From assembly GCF_029937855.1 (NCBI RefSeq), contig NZ_JAPYPC010000005.1:54616-118615 (forward strand): a DNA stretch of 64,000 bases. Reading direction: 5' to 3'. The notes below the pieces were generated by a model. That model saw only the letters and a list, made by a program, of their open reading frames with translations, made no database searches and was not told the DNA's origin. Both the position numbers and the translations under genes were made by a program. The stretch is from Christiangramia sp. GTDB lineage: Bacteria > Bacteroidota > Bacteroidia > Flavobacteriales > Flavobacteriaceae. Below are positions 37,319-47,135 of this stretch, piece after piece. Each line of letters starts with the position of its first letter. The stretch's first letter is position 1.

Positions 37319-40312
37319 TTAAAAATTAAAGGCTACATTAAACATATAACGTTTGGAAGACGGGAAAGGTGTTACCTCTACAGCATTAAATAAACTGTTT
37401 CCTCCAAAATTTGACACTTCAGGATCATAACTATTATAGTCGAATATATTTATCAGGTTGGTTCCTGAAAATCCAACTTTAATACTATCAAAAGTGCCGT
37501 TTAAAATATTATCTGTAAAACTGGTTGGGACGTTATAATACAACCCAACTTCTCTCAATCTCAAATAACCGGCATCTTCTACGAACACAGCTGCTGAAGA
37601 TCCTAACTGACTAACCCTGTACGGTCCATTCCCCAGAACACCTTCCGGATCCAGGTCTATCTCGTCATAATCGTGACTAGTTGCACTAAGGTCTGTTAAC
37701 AAAGCTGTAAGGTTGATATTATCCCCTCCTTTTTTCCATTGCCATAAGAAATTAAAATCGAAGTTCTTAAACTGAATTTGATTATTGAAAGCCATCTGAA
37801 AATCCGGTTCTGAATCACCAAATTTCTGCAAACCATTAGCTCCGCCATCCGGGCCAATTCCAACAATTTGCGTCGCGCTTTGACCTTCTTCAATTCTAAA
37901 AGTACCCAAAGTTGCACCAAAAGCTCCCACATTAAAAGCAGGTACATCTAAACGGGTAACTTCTGAACTGTTCTTGAAAAAGTTCACACCAAAATTCCAG
38001 TTAAAGTCTTCGCTTCTCGCAATAATAGTATTTAAACTAATCTCAACACCTTTATTCTGTAATTCACCCGCATTCACAAATTGAGTGGTAAATCCAGAAG
38101 ATGGTTCTGTAGAAGCCTGAAGAATAAGATCATCAATCGTTTTTACATAGTATGTAAAAGACCCATTAATTCTGTCTCTAAAGAGACTAAAGTCAAAACC
38201 AGTTTCAAATTCTTTCTGTCTTTCAGATTGAAGATTAGGATTTCCTCGTACACCCCGTAAGCTAATACCCTTAAGGCCCACCCCATTTGCACCTACATTG
38301 GTAAAACTATTGTAGGAAGTAAATAAGGCTCCAATAGGAGGGAAATTACCTGCCTCACCGTATGCTGCCCTAAGCTTGAATTGACCGAGCGGAGATGATT
38401 CATTCCAAAAGTCAAATTCATTTAAACTAACTGCAAGAGAAGCTTTTGGGTAGTAAAATAACTCATTTGCATCTCCATTATTAGAGGATTTATCTCCTCT
38501 TACACCAATAGTAGCAATAATTTTGTCCTGATAATTTACTTCTTCCTGGACAAAGAATCCTGCATCCTGTTGTTTTAACCTGTTTTGATCTACCCCTGTA
38601 TTTGTGGCCTGATCTACATTAGATTCTGAAGCAACTAGATCTGTAGCTGTTATTAAATAGCTGTTCCTGTCAAAATACTCTCTGGTAAGACCAGCCTGTG
38701 TACGAAAGTTTATATCACTATCAGTGAAATAATTATGTACTAAGAAAGCAGAAAGGTTATAGTTTCGATTTAAAGTAGATCCCTGCACCGACACTCCATT
38801 TTGACCTCCATTTTCTGGCTTCTGGAACTGCAGATCTTTAGGAAAAAAAGCAAAAGTATTAAAGTTATAGAAATCAACCCCACCCCGTAAAATAAGCTCA
38901 AGATTAGATTTATCTGCTTTATATAGATCTATGTTTGCAGTTCCTCCCATTATAAGCCGGTTGGTTTTTTCATTATTCACCACCAGCTCCCTGGTTTGTA
39001 AAATATTAGAAGCACCTAAACGGTTATCTGGAAAATTACCGTTCTCATCAGGAAAAAGCTGAAGCCATGGAACCGTACTGGTAAGTGCGACACCTAAAGT
39101 GGTTCCTGTATTATCATTATTGAAATAACCTCTATCTGAAGAGGAATGAATATAATTACTACTTAGAGCTAATTTTATAAAATCATTTGCTCGATGGTCC
39201 AGGTTCAATCGCAGCGATATTTTTTCATATCCTGTATTTTGAACAATCCCTTCTTCCGAAGTATGTGTAGCTCCAGCAAAAAATTTAGTTTTTTCACCAC
39301 CTCCACTTGAACTAAAATTTGTAATAGAAATTAAACCGTTTTCACCAAAAAGTTCTTCTTCATAATCAATTAGTCTTCCCGCATCACGAGCAGCAATAAA
39401 ATCATCAACCTCTTCTTCCCCAAAAGATTCCCTTACCCGCTCTTCAGTATAATTTCTGGTTCCCAATAAATTAATAACCTGCGTCCATCCTATCGATTGA
39501 GAAAATTTATAGGTTGTTTCGCCGGCTTTTCCTCGTTTGGTAGTAATAATTACTACCCCGGCAGCGGCACGACTTCCATAAATAGCTGCGGCAGAGGCAC
39601 CTTTAAGAATTTCGATATTGGCAATATCTTCCGGGTTTAAATCTGCAATCCTGTTAGAGGGATTATCCTGGTTGGATGCACTACCTCCTGCTGCCGCTGC
39701 GGAAACAGCATTTAGACCTGCTGGAATAGAGGAATTATCAATATAAATTCCATCTACAATATATAATGGCTGTGTATTCCCCTGCAAAGAAGTAGCACCT
39801 CTCAGTTTCACAGATATCCCTCCCCCGGGAGCACCGGAATTGGCATTTACAATTGCTCCAGGAAATTTTCCGTATAAGGCATTATCTAAAGTTGGAGGAG
39901 GTGTAGTACCCACCAGGTCTTCTGCAGTTACAGAAGCTACAGCGTTAGCAGAATTGGCTCGTTTAACAGAGGTAGCTAAACCGGTGATCACCACTTCATC
40001 TAATGAAGCAGCAGATTCTACAAATCTTACTGTAAGTGGTGAATTCTCTGTAACCCGAATTTCCTGAGTTTCAAAACCCAAATAAGAAAAAACCAGGGTT
40101 ACTGGGAGTGAATTTACCGTAATACTAAAACTACCATCAAAATCACTGGTAGTACCATTAGTTGTTCCTTTCTCAACTACATTTACGAATGGCACGACCT
40201 CACCGGTCGCTTCATTAATCGTTTTTCCTTCCAGAACTTCCTGTGAGAGAAGTAAAGAAGGACAGAGTAGAAAGAAAATTACTTTGAAATAACTCAAAGA
40301 AAATTGCCTCAT
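37319..40312 (-). CDS. SusC/RagA family TonB-dependent transporter
   Basis: N-terminal CarbopepD_reg-like domain (GTTSDFDGSF); plug signature IEILKGASAAAIYGSRAAAGVVIITTKRG; C-terminal aromatic residue. Confidence 0.95.
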   Translation of the reverse strand: MRQFSLSYFKVIFFLLCPSLLLSQEVLEGKTINEATGEVVPFVNVVEKGTTNGTTSDFDGSFSITVNSLPVTLVFSYLGFETQEIRVTENSPLTVRFVESAASLDEVVITGLATSVKRANSANAVASVTAEDLVGTTPPPTLDNALYGKFPGAIVNANSGAPGGGISVKLRGATSLQGNTQPLYIVDGIYIDNSSIPAGLNAVSAAAAGGSASNQDNPSNRIADLNPEDIANIEILKGASAAAIYGSRAAAGVVIITTKRGKAGETTYKFSQSIGWTQVINLLGTRNYTEERVRESFGEEEVDDFIAARDAGRLIDYEEELFGENGLISITNFSSSGGGEKTKFFAGATHTSEEGIVQNTGYEKISLRLNLDHRANDFIKLALSSNYIHSSSDRGYFNNDNTGTTLGVALTSTVPWLQLFPDENGNFPDNRLGASNILQTRELVVNNEKTNRLIMGGTANIDLYKADKSNLELILRGGVDFYNFNTFAFFPKDLQFQKPENGGQNGVSVQGSTLNRNYNLSAFLVHNYFTDSDINFRTQAGLTREYFDRNSYLITATDLVASESNVDQATNTGVDQNRLKQQDAGFFVQEEVNYQDKIIATIGVRGDKSSNNGDANELFYYPKASLAVSLNEFDFWNESSPLGQFKLRAAYGEAGNFPPIGALFTSYNSFTNVGANGVGLKGISLRGVRGNPNLQSERQKEFETGFDFSLFRDRINGSFTYYVKTIDDLILQASTEPSSGFTTQFVNAGELQNKGVEISLNTIIARSEDFNWNFGVNFFKNSSEVTRLDVPAFNVGAFGATLGTFRIEEGQSATQIVGIGPDGGANGLQKFGDSEPDFQMAFNNQIQFKNFDFNFLWQWKKGGDNINLTALLTDLSATSHDYDEIDLDPEGVLGNGPYRVSQLGSSAAVFVEDAGYLRLREVGLYYNVPTSFTDNILNGTFDSIKVGFSGTNLINIFDYNSYDPEVSNFGGNSLFNAVEVTPFPSSKRYMFNVAFNF

Positions 40313-40402
40313 AATTGTTATATTTTTAGTTATATTAACAATAATAAGGAATTTTATTAAAGATTTGATAAGAAAAAAAAGGGATTAGTATATTTTATTT
40401 AA

Positions 40403-40972
40403 CTATTTTACCCATTGCAGACTTTCCATTAAATGCTTTATATCATTTTTAAGATATTCAGCTGCAGGAACAATAGAATCGAAATTTGGCAGACTATTAA
40501 AATAGACCGATCCGGTAAGAAAATGATCTGTACTATCAGTTAGGTAAAATTGAGCCTGGGAAGCTGCGTCTCCGTCTACCTCATAGAATATGCCATACGT
40601 ATCATTAAAACTATTGGTATATACATCTCCCTGAATGGCATCAGCCTTTATGGTATGCTGTAGCGGTAATTTTTGAGCATCGGTTAAAAGGGAATCGAGA
40701 TTATCTCTTATTGGCTGGTAAGTAATAAATATGGCAGCATTCATAGCTTTATAATCAAGATTTATCCAGCAGGGGATTCGGTTTCTGGAAGGAGAAATTT
40801 CAGCTAAGGAGTTTATCTCAAAAGAATAAGGGCAGCCAATATCTACTCTCTGATATTCAGCTTCCGGATATTCGAGAGCCAGAAAGGCTTTAGGCTTAGG
40901 TTGGGAATTATCATCTTTGCAGGAAATGCATAAGAAAAGAACCCCAATAACTGCCAAAATCAGTTTTTTCAT
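40403..40972 (-). CDS. gldD: Gliding motility lipoprotein GldD
   Basis: Lipobox CISC; QPKPKAFLALEYP, HTIKAD and ASQAQFYLTDS motifs; follows gldE. Confidence 0.92.
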   Translation of the reverse strand: MKKLILAVIGVLFLCISCKDDNSQPKPKAFLALEYPEAEYQRVDIGCPYSFEINSLAEISPSRNRIPCWINLDYKAMNAAIFITYQPIRDNLDSLLTDAQKLPLQHTIKADAIQGDVYTNSFNDTYGIFYEVDGDAASQAQFYLTDSTDHFLTGSVYFNSLPNFDSIVPAAEYLKNDIKHLMESLQWVK

Positions 40973-42291
40973 ACAGGCGCAATACTCAGTTTTATTTGTT
41001 TGATACGCTTATCATCTATTACTTCAATCTTAAAAGAATAATTTAGAAAGACAATCTCATCATTCTTTTTTGGAAAGCCTCCTGAAATTTCCAAAAGAAA
41101 CCCAGCTAAAGTATCAGCTTCTCCTTTTTGATCCTCAAAAACACTTGGATCTTCAATCCTGGCAATCTTATAAAAATCTTTTAAAGGTGTTTTACCTTCA
41201 AAAATAAAATTGTTTTCATCCAGTTTTGAATAAATAAGATCTTCATCATCAAACTCATCGCTAATATCCCCTACAATTTCTTCTATGATATCTTCCAGGG
41301 AAATAAGTCCGCTGGTACCTCCATATTCATCTACAACAATGGCCAGATGGTTTTTCTTATTCTTGAAATCATTTAGGAGATCATCCAGTTTTTTATTTTC
41401 AGGTACAAAATAAGGTTCCCGAAGCAAGCTCGTCCACTCAAAATTCTTTTTATTGAGATATGGTAACAGATCTTTTATATACAGAATGCCTGTAACATTA
41501 TCTACATTCTCTTTATAAACCGGAATCCGGGAATACCCATTTTCAATTATTTCAGGAATAATATCTTCATAATTGCTCTCCTCATTCAGGGCGAAAATGT
41601 CCATTCGTGGTCTCATTACCTGTTTGGTATCTGTATTTCCGAAGCTCACAATTCCCTGAAGTATTTTTTGTTCTTCCCGGGTTGTATCTTCTTCACTGGT
41701 TAATTCCAGCGCCTGGGAAAGATGGTCTATACTTATAAAAGACCGTTGTTTCCCAAACTTCTCATGAAAATAAAGTGTAATTGCCCTCATAGGAGTACTC
41801 AAAGGAGAGAAAAAACTATCCAGAAAATTAATAGGATAGGCCATAAAATTCGAAAATTGAACCTTATTTCTGCTGGCATATACTTTTGGCAATATTTCTC
41901 CGAATAAGAGAATTAAAAAAGTTACCAGGCCTACTTCAAAGAAGAAACGCAGATCTACCCCGTAAATTTCGGTATTGATCCCTGCAAATAAATCATCTGC
42001 CAGACTATCAAATAATAAAACGATGGCAATGTTGATAAAATTATTGGCCACCAGGATAGTAGCCAGTAGTTTTTTGGGCTTTTCGAGAAGGTTGATAACG
42101 ATATTTTGAGTTTTGGACCTCTTCCCGTCTTCAGTAATGAAATTAGCCGGAGTTAGAGAAAAGAATGCTACTTCTGCACCAGAAATTAGGGCAGAACATA
42201 ACAATAGCACGAATAAAAATATCAAGCTGAAAAGATGGGTAATTCCCATTGTGGCCCAAAACAAAAGCAAACTGGGAGGTTCCGAATCCAA
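40969..42291 (-). CDS. gldE: Gliding motility-associated CBS/CorC-family protein GldE
   Basis: MDSEPPS start; DUF21 TM region (SALISGAEVAFFSL); CBS pair (YSRIPVY, IVVDEYGG); CorC domain. Confidence 0.9.
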   Translation of the reverse strand: MDSEPPSLLLFWATMGITHLFSLIFLFVLLLCSALISGAEVAFFSLTPANFITEDGKRSKTQNIVINLLEKPKKLLATILVANNFINIAIVLLFDSLADDLFAGINTEIYGVDLRFFFEVGLVTFLILLFGEILPKVYASRNKVQFSNFMAYPINFLDSFFSPLSTPMRAITLYFHEKFGKQRSFISIDHLSQALELTSEEDTTREEQKILQGIVSFGNTDTKQVMRPRMDIFALNEESNYEDIIPEIIENGYSRIPVYKENVDNVTGILYIKDLLPYLNKKNFEWTSLLREPYFVPENKKLDDLLNDFKNKKNHLAIVVDEYGGTSGLISLEDIIEEIVGDISDEFDDEDLIYSKLDENNFIFEGKTPLKDFYKIARIEDPSVFEDQKGEADTLAGFLLEISGGFPKKNDEIVFLNYSFKIEVIDDKRIKQIKLSIAPV

Positions 42292-42312
42292 AGGCTAAAA
42301 TTTTAATTAAAC

Positions 42313-42783
42313 TTAGAATGGCAAATCATCTTCCTCTTCTTCCTGAGGATAAGACTCATTCTTATTTGCAAAGTTATCGTTTTTAGGCTTAGCAGATGCA
42401 CTCTGTGAATTCTGAGAATTACCTGAAGGCTCAGCTCCAGATTCGTTCTTAGGAGTTAAGAAGGTGAATTCGGTACAATGAATTTCTGTAGAATACCGCT
42501 CATTGCCTGTATCATCCTGCCATTTACGGGTTTTAATACGTCCTTCAATATAAACTTTATCTCCTTTTTTGAGGTATTTCTCACAAACTTCGGCAGCCTT
42601 GTTTCTAACCACTACATTATGCCACTCCGTATTAATTACTTTTTCACCGGTAGTTCGGTTTGTATAACTTTCATTTGTAGCCAGGGGAAACCTTCCCAGA
42701 GAATTTCCGCCTTCAAAATAATGCATCTTCACGTCATCTCCTGTATGTCCTATCAACATTACTTTGTTCAATGTACCCGTCAT
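42313..42783 (-). CDS. ssb: Single-stranded DNA-binding protein
   Basis: LNKVMLIG and TEWHNVV motifs; acidic tail ending DDLPF. Confidence 0.98.
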   Translation of the reverse strand: MTGTLNKVMLIGHTGDDVKMHYFEGGNSLGRFPLATNESYTNRTTGEKVINTEWHNVVVRNKAAEVCEKYLKKGDKVYIEGRIKTRKWQDDTGNERYSTEIHCTEFTFLTPKNESGAEPSGNSQNSQSASAKPKNDNFANKNESYPQEEEEDDLPF

Positions 42784-42892
42784 TACTTATCTATTTAGAT
42801 ACCGAAAATCGGTTATTTGATTAAAATTTATTCTAAAATACTAAAAATTTCTGCCTCTATCTGCAAAAACATTCAAAGATATAAACAAGGAT

Positions 42893-43945
42893 TTATTTAT
42901 AGGCATCCGGAAGGTATTCATTCAGAAAATTTTCGATTAAGACCGGAACAGGATAATTTATCACTTCCTGAAGATGTAGTGTATTTTCATATTCAGAATT
43001 TGAATTTATCAGCCAAAAGCGCGTAAATAAATGTTGATGCGAAAGTTTATGAACCACCGGGACTTCATTAAAAAGCTCGATTTCCAGATGGGTTTCTATA
43101 ATGGAATTTTTAAAATCATCCAGTTCTAACAATTCAATCTTATCAACCAGTTTATTGGATTCCACCAAAGGAAATTGATATAAGCCATTCCATATCCCCT
43201 TACCAGATCGTTTCTCAAGGATGGTTTTATCAGTTTCAAAATTAAATACCAGGTAATTAAAATACCTGTTTTTAATCTTCGCCTTCTTAATTTTTACGGG
43301 CAACTCTTTGATCCTGTCATTTTTCAAAGCAAGGCACTTATCATTAAAAGGACAAATTTCACATTTAGGATTTTGCGGTTTACAATGTAAAGCCCCAAAT
43401 TCCATAATGGTCTGATTATAAGTCGCGGGATCTTTTTTATCTAATAATTCCTGAGCAAGCTCTTTAAATTCTTTAACTCCCGAAGTACTGTTAATTGGAG
43501 TATCTATTCCAAATATCCTGGACAACACCCTATATACATTTCCATCTACCACGGCAACAGGCTCATTATAACATATAGAGGCAATTGCACTGGCGGTATA
43601 ATCTCCAACACCTTTTAACTTTAGAAGTCCTTTATAGGTGTCAGGAAATTTGCCCTTACATTCAAAGGCAACATATTTAGCTGTTTCGTGGAGGTTTCTG
43701 GCTCGGGAATAATAACCCAGTCCCTGCCAAAGTTTAAGCACTTCATCTAACGGTGCTTTGGCGAGTTCAAAAACGCTGGGATAGGCTTCGATAAACTTAT
43801 TATAATAAGGCAAACCCTGTTCTATTCGCGTTTGCTGAAGCATAATTTCGCTAAGCCAGATGTGGTACGTTTCGTGAGTCTTTCTCCAGGGTAGATCGCG
43901 TTTATTTTGCAAGTACCAATGTCTCAGTCTATTGGATAAAACCAT
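42893..43945 (-). CDS. mutY: A/G-specific adenine glycosylase MutY
   Basis: WLSEIMLQQT, WQGLGYYSRARN and HhH-GPD motifs; Fe-S motif CKPQNPKCEICP..C. Confidence 0.97.
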   Translation of the reverse strand: MVLSNRLRHWYLQNKRDLPWRKTHETYHIWLSEIMLQQTRIEQGLPYYNKFIEAYPSVFELAKAPLDEVLKLWQGLGYYSRARNLHETAKYVAFECKGKFPDTYKGLLKLKGVGDYTASAIASICYNEPVAVVDGNVYRVLSRIFGIDTPINSTSGVKEFKELAQELLDKKDPATYNQTIMEFGALHCKPQNPKCEICPFNDKCLALKNDRIKELPVKIKKAKIKNRYFNYLVFNFETDKTILEKRSGKGIWNGLYQFPLVESNKLVDKIELLELDDFKNSIIETHLEIELFNEVPVVHKLSHQHLFTRFWLINSNSEYENTLHLQEVINYPVPVLIENFLNEYLPDAYK

Positions 43946-44004
43946 ATTGAATTAGGAATCTCTGCAATAATAGGAGTTTATTCCGTTATTATTAGTGTAT
44001 TAGG

Positions 44005-44037
44005 TTTGAAATATTGCAGATTTAATTCTTATATTTG
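44005..44037 (+). promoter_or_regulatory. Bacteroidota housekeeping promoter for hup
   Basis: TTTG-N21-TATATTTG. Confidence 0.7.
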
Positions 44038-44085
44038 CCCCCTTGAAAAATTGAAACCCCAATTATAAATTAAAATAGCACGAAA

Positions 44086-44376
44086 ATGACGAAAGCAGAT
44101 ATCGTAGCAAACATTTCAGAAAAACTTGGAATGGAAAAAGGAGATGTTCAGGCTACCATAGAATCTTTTATGGATGAAGTAAAAACTTCTCTTGAGAGTG
44201 GAGATAATGTTTACCTTCGTGGCTTCGGAAGCTTTGTTGTAAAGACAAGGGCTGAGAAGACCGGTAGAAACATTTCTAAGAACACTACTATTAAAATTCC
44301 AGCACACAACATTCCGGCATTTAAGCCTGCTAAGATTTTCGTAGAAGGAGTAAAATCTAATGTTGAGGTAAAATAA
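44086..44376 (+). CDS. hup: HU family DNA-binding protein
   Basis: MTKADIV, VYLRGFGSF, GRNISK and PAFKP motifs. Confidence 0.95.
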   Translation: MTKADIVANISEKLGMEKGDVQATIESFMDEVKTSLESGDNVYLRGFGSFVVKTRAEKTGRNISKNTTIKIPAHNIPAFKPAKIFVEGVKSNVEVK

Positions 44377-44442
44377 TTGGACTCTCCCGCCTTTGCGGGA
44401 GGCTTCAAATGAAATAATTATTAATTTAAATGACATTGCACT

Positions 44443-44532
44443 ATGCCAAGTGGTAAAAAAAGAAAAAGACATAAGGTGGCTACGCACAAGCGTAAGAAAA
44501 GAAGAAGAGCTAATCGCCACAAGAAGAAGTAG
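44443..44532 (+). CDS. 29-aa highly basic protein, bS22/mS38 (AURKAIP1/COX24)-like small ribosomal protein; not in the ORF track
   Basis: ATG at 44443 to TAG at 44530-44532 translates MPSGKKRKRHKVATHKRKKRRRANRHKKK. It is followed immediately by a terminator hairpin. Confidence 0.8.
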   Translation: MPSGKKRKRHKVATHKRKKRRRANRHKKK

Positions 44533-44551
44533 TGTGACAACTACTTTTTTT
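44527..44551 (+). terminator. Intrinsic terminator after the 29-aa ORF
   Basis: AAGTAGT-GTGACA-ACTACTT followed by TTTTT. Confidence 0.65.
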
Positions 44552-44691
44552 ATTTAATCGTTCTTTGAAATCGAAACCCGCGACAACAATTTGTCGATTA
44601 AGGTTTCTTCAGGATTCAAAACCTGTGAAAAAATAATGTTTAATCCATCTATGTTTGTTTTGCAACAGATATGGATATAAAATCTGGAAGT

Positions 44692-46230
44692 GTGGACAAA
44701 GAATTAATTATCCGGTCCGAACCTTCTGCTGTAGATTTTGCCTTATTAAAAGATGGAAAACTTATTGAACTTAACAAAGAGGAAGACAGTACCAAATTTA
44801 ATGTTGGTGATATTTATATCGCTAAAATTAGAAAAGCTGTTCCTGGGTTAAATGCCGCATTTGTAAATGTAGGCTATGAGAAAGATGGTTTTTTACACTA
44901 TCATGATCTGGGACCACAGGTATCTTCTTTATTAAAGTTCATAAAACGTGTAAGCACAGGTAAATTAAAAGATTATTCTTTAAAGAATTTTTCTTTTGAA
45001 AAGGATATAGACAAAAACGGCTCTATTGCCGATGTCTTAAAATCAAATCAGTCGCTACTGGTTCAAATCGTAAAAGAACCTATCTCTACAAAAGGCCCAA
45101 GAATAAGCTCAGAGCTTTCCTTACCTGGCCGTTATATTGTATTAGTCCCTTTTTCAAACCGAATTTCAGTTTCTCAGAAAATTGAAAGCAAAGATGAAAA
45201 GGAACGATTAAAGAGACTGGTGAAAAGCATTAAACCCAAAGGTTTTGGGGTTATTGTACGAACCGTAGCCGAAGGCAAAAAAGTAGCAGAACTGGACAGA
45301 GACCTCCAAAATTTAGTAGGTCGCTGGACAGCCATGTGTAAAAAACTGTATAAGCCGCATCATCCATCAAAAGTATTAGGAGAATTGAACAGGGCTTCTT
45401 CCCTGTTAAGAGACATTTTTAATGACTCTTTTACTTCTATAGTAGTAGATGATGAAACGCTTTATACTCAAATTAAAGATTATGTGAGCGAAATTGCTCC
45501 AGAAAAAGAATCAATCGTAAAATTGCATCAATCCAACCAACCCATTTTCGAGAAGAATGGTATCGAAAGACAAATTAAAACTTCCTTTGGGCGCACCGTT
45601 TCCATGAGTAAAGGCGCCTACCTGGTTATAGAACACACCGAAGCCATGCACGTAATAGACGTGAATAGTGGAAACCGTTCCAATAAATCCAAAAACCAGG
45701 AAGATACCGCACTAGAGGTGAATATGATTAGTGCTACCGAAATAGCCCGCCAGTTACGACTTCGTGATATGGGAGGTATTATCGTGGTAGACTTCATAGA
45801 TATGAATAGAGCTGAAAACAGAAAAAAGCTTTACGATCACCTTAGAAACGAAATGAGCGACGACAGGGCAAAGCATAAAATTTTGCCGCCGAGTAAGTTT
45901 GGATTAATTCAAATTACGAGACAGCGCGTAAGGCCAGAAATGAACATCAAGACCCGTGAGGATAACCCGAACGGTAATGGTGAAATTGAAGCACCAATTA
46001 GTTTGGTGAACAAGATCAAAGTGGACCTTGAAAAACTGATCAAAAAAGAACATAAAAAGATCACGCTTAGCGCACATCCATTTATTGCAGCCTTTTTAAC
46101 GAAAGGCTTTCCATCTCCCCGATCTAAGTGGTTTGTAGACCACAAACGTTGGGTGAAAATTTTACCTCGCGATGCTTACACGTATTTAGAGTACCACTTT
46201 CACGATAAAGACGGGAAAGTGATCAAATAA
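44692..46230 (+). CDS. Ribonuclease E/G family protein
   Basis: S1 domain (GDIYIAK..AAFVNVG); DVNSG and GGIIVVDFIDM catalytic motifs. Probable GTG start at 44692; the ORF track starts at 44671. Confidence 0.95.
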   Translation: MDKELIIRSEPSAVDFALLKDGKLIELNKEEDSTKFNVGDIYIAKIRKAVPGLNAAFVNVGYEKDGFLHYHDLGPQVSSLLKFIKRVSTGKLKDYSLKNFSFEKDIDKNGSIADVLKSNQSLLVQIVKEPISTKGPRISSELSLPGRYIVLVPFSNRISVSQKIESKDEKERLKRLVKSIKPKGFGVIVRTVAEGKKVAELDRDLQNLVGRWTAMCKKLYKPHHPSKVLGELNRASSLLRDIFNDSFTSIVVDDETLYTQIKDYVSEIAPEKESIVKLHQSNQPIFEKNGIERQIKTSFGRTVSMSKGAYLVIEHTEAMHVIDVNSGNRSNKSKNQEDTALEVNMISATEIARQLRLRDMGGIIVVDFIDMNRAENRKKLYDHLRNEMSDDRAKHKILPPSKFGLIQITRQRVRPEMNIKTREDNPNGNGEIEAPISLVNKIKVDLEKLIKKEHKKITLSAHPFIAAFLTKGFPSPRSKWFVDHKRWVKILPRDAYTYLEYHFHDKDGKVIK

Positions 46231-46232
46231 AT

Positions 46233-46271
46233 AAAAACGCCTTCCAAGTAATTGGAAGGCGTTTTTTTTTT
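46233..46271 (+). terminator. Intrinsic terminator after RNase E/G
   Basis: 15-bp inverted repeat AAAAACGCCTTCCAA / TTGGAAGGCGTTTTT plus a long T tract. Confidence 0.9.
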
Positions 46272-46438
46272 GCCCTAATTTCAACTAAACATTCTAACTC
46301 CTTTAAATTTAAAATCGACTCAAAGGAGCGGGTTAGTGCTATTTAATACTTAGCCAACAAAGCTTTAGTACAGCTTTAACTAGAATAGTGCTATTTCAAG
46401 GTTAGCTTTATACTTTATTAACCAATAAATATAAAATC

Positions 46439-46921
46439 ATGAAAGACTTGAAAGACCTGTTCGAACATCAATTAAAAGACCTTTTTAGTGCTGAAAGTCA
46501 GTTGATCAAAGCTTTACCAAAAATGGTGGAGAATGCTAATGACGAGAAACTAAAAGAAGCTTTTGAAAGCCACCTGGAAGAGACCAGGGAGCATAAGAGC
46601 AGATTAGAGGTTATATGTAAAGAACTTAACATTAGCCCGAAAGGAGAAACTTGTAAAGCAATGAAAGGTCTTATTGAAGAAGCTGAAGAATTTTTACAGG
46701 AAGACGCTTCAGAAGATGTTCGCGATGCCGGCCTTATTGCAGATGCACAGCGTGTGGAACACTATGAAATTTCCGGTTACGGTACGCTGGTACGCTATGC
46801 AAAAGAACTGGGGCATGAAGATATCGCCAAAAAATTACAGGAAACCCTGGATGAAGAGTATGATGCCGATGAAAAACTGAACAAACTGGCAGAATCAAGG
46901 CTGAACCAGGAAGCTAAGTAG
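46439..46921 (+). CDS. Ferritin-like YciE/YciF (DUF892) protein
   Basis: LKDLFSAESQL, HLEET, CKAMKGLI and AQRVEHYEISGYG motifs. Confidence 0.92.
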   Translation: MKDLKDLFEHQLKDLFSAESQLIKALPKMVENANDEKLKEAFESHLEETREHKSRLEVICKELNISPKGETCKAMKGLIEEAEEFLQEDASEDVRDAGLIADAQRVEHYEISGYGTLVRYAKELGHEDIAKKLQETLDEEYDADEKLNKLAESRLNQEAK

Positions 46922-46941
46922 GATTTCTTTGAAAACTATCA

Positions 46942-47065
46942 GGCTGGCTAAAAAGTCACAGATATTGTCATGAGAAACGAAGCAATCTTTAAATAATTGA
47001 ACATCAAAATAGCGATTACTTCACTTCCTTCGTAATGACATTTTAATGTGACTTTTTAGTCAGTC
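46942..47065. repeat. Nested palindromic REP/MITE-like element
   Basis: Outer 19-bp arms GGCTGGCTAAAAAGTCACA / TGTGACTTTTTAGTCAGTC (2 mismatches, both G-U compatible). Inner arms TGTCAT..GAAGCAATC / GATTACTTC..ATGACA. Confidence 0.75.
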
Positions 47066-47135
47066 TTTTTATTCTCACCAAAATAGGTTTCGTTTATTCT
47101 ATTTCTAATAGGCCTTAAAATTCTATATTTGGTCA

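Noticed and set aside
44384-44401. Hairpin CTCCCGC-CTTT-GCGGGAG between hup and the 29-aa ORF
   Set aside because: It is a real 7-bp stem but has no U tract. It could be a stabiliser or REP remnant, and there is not enough evidence to call it a terminator or element.
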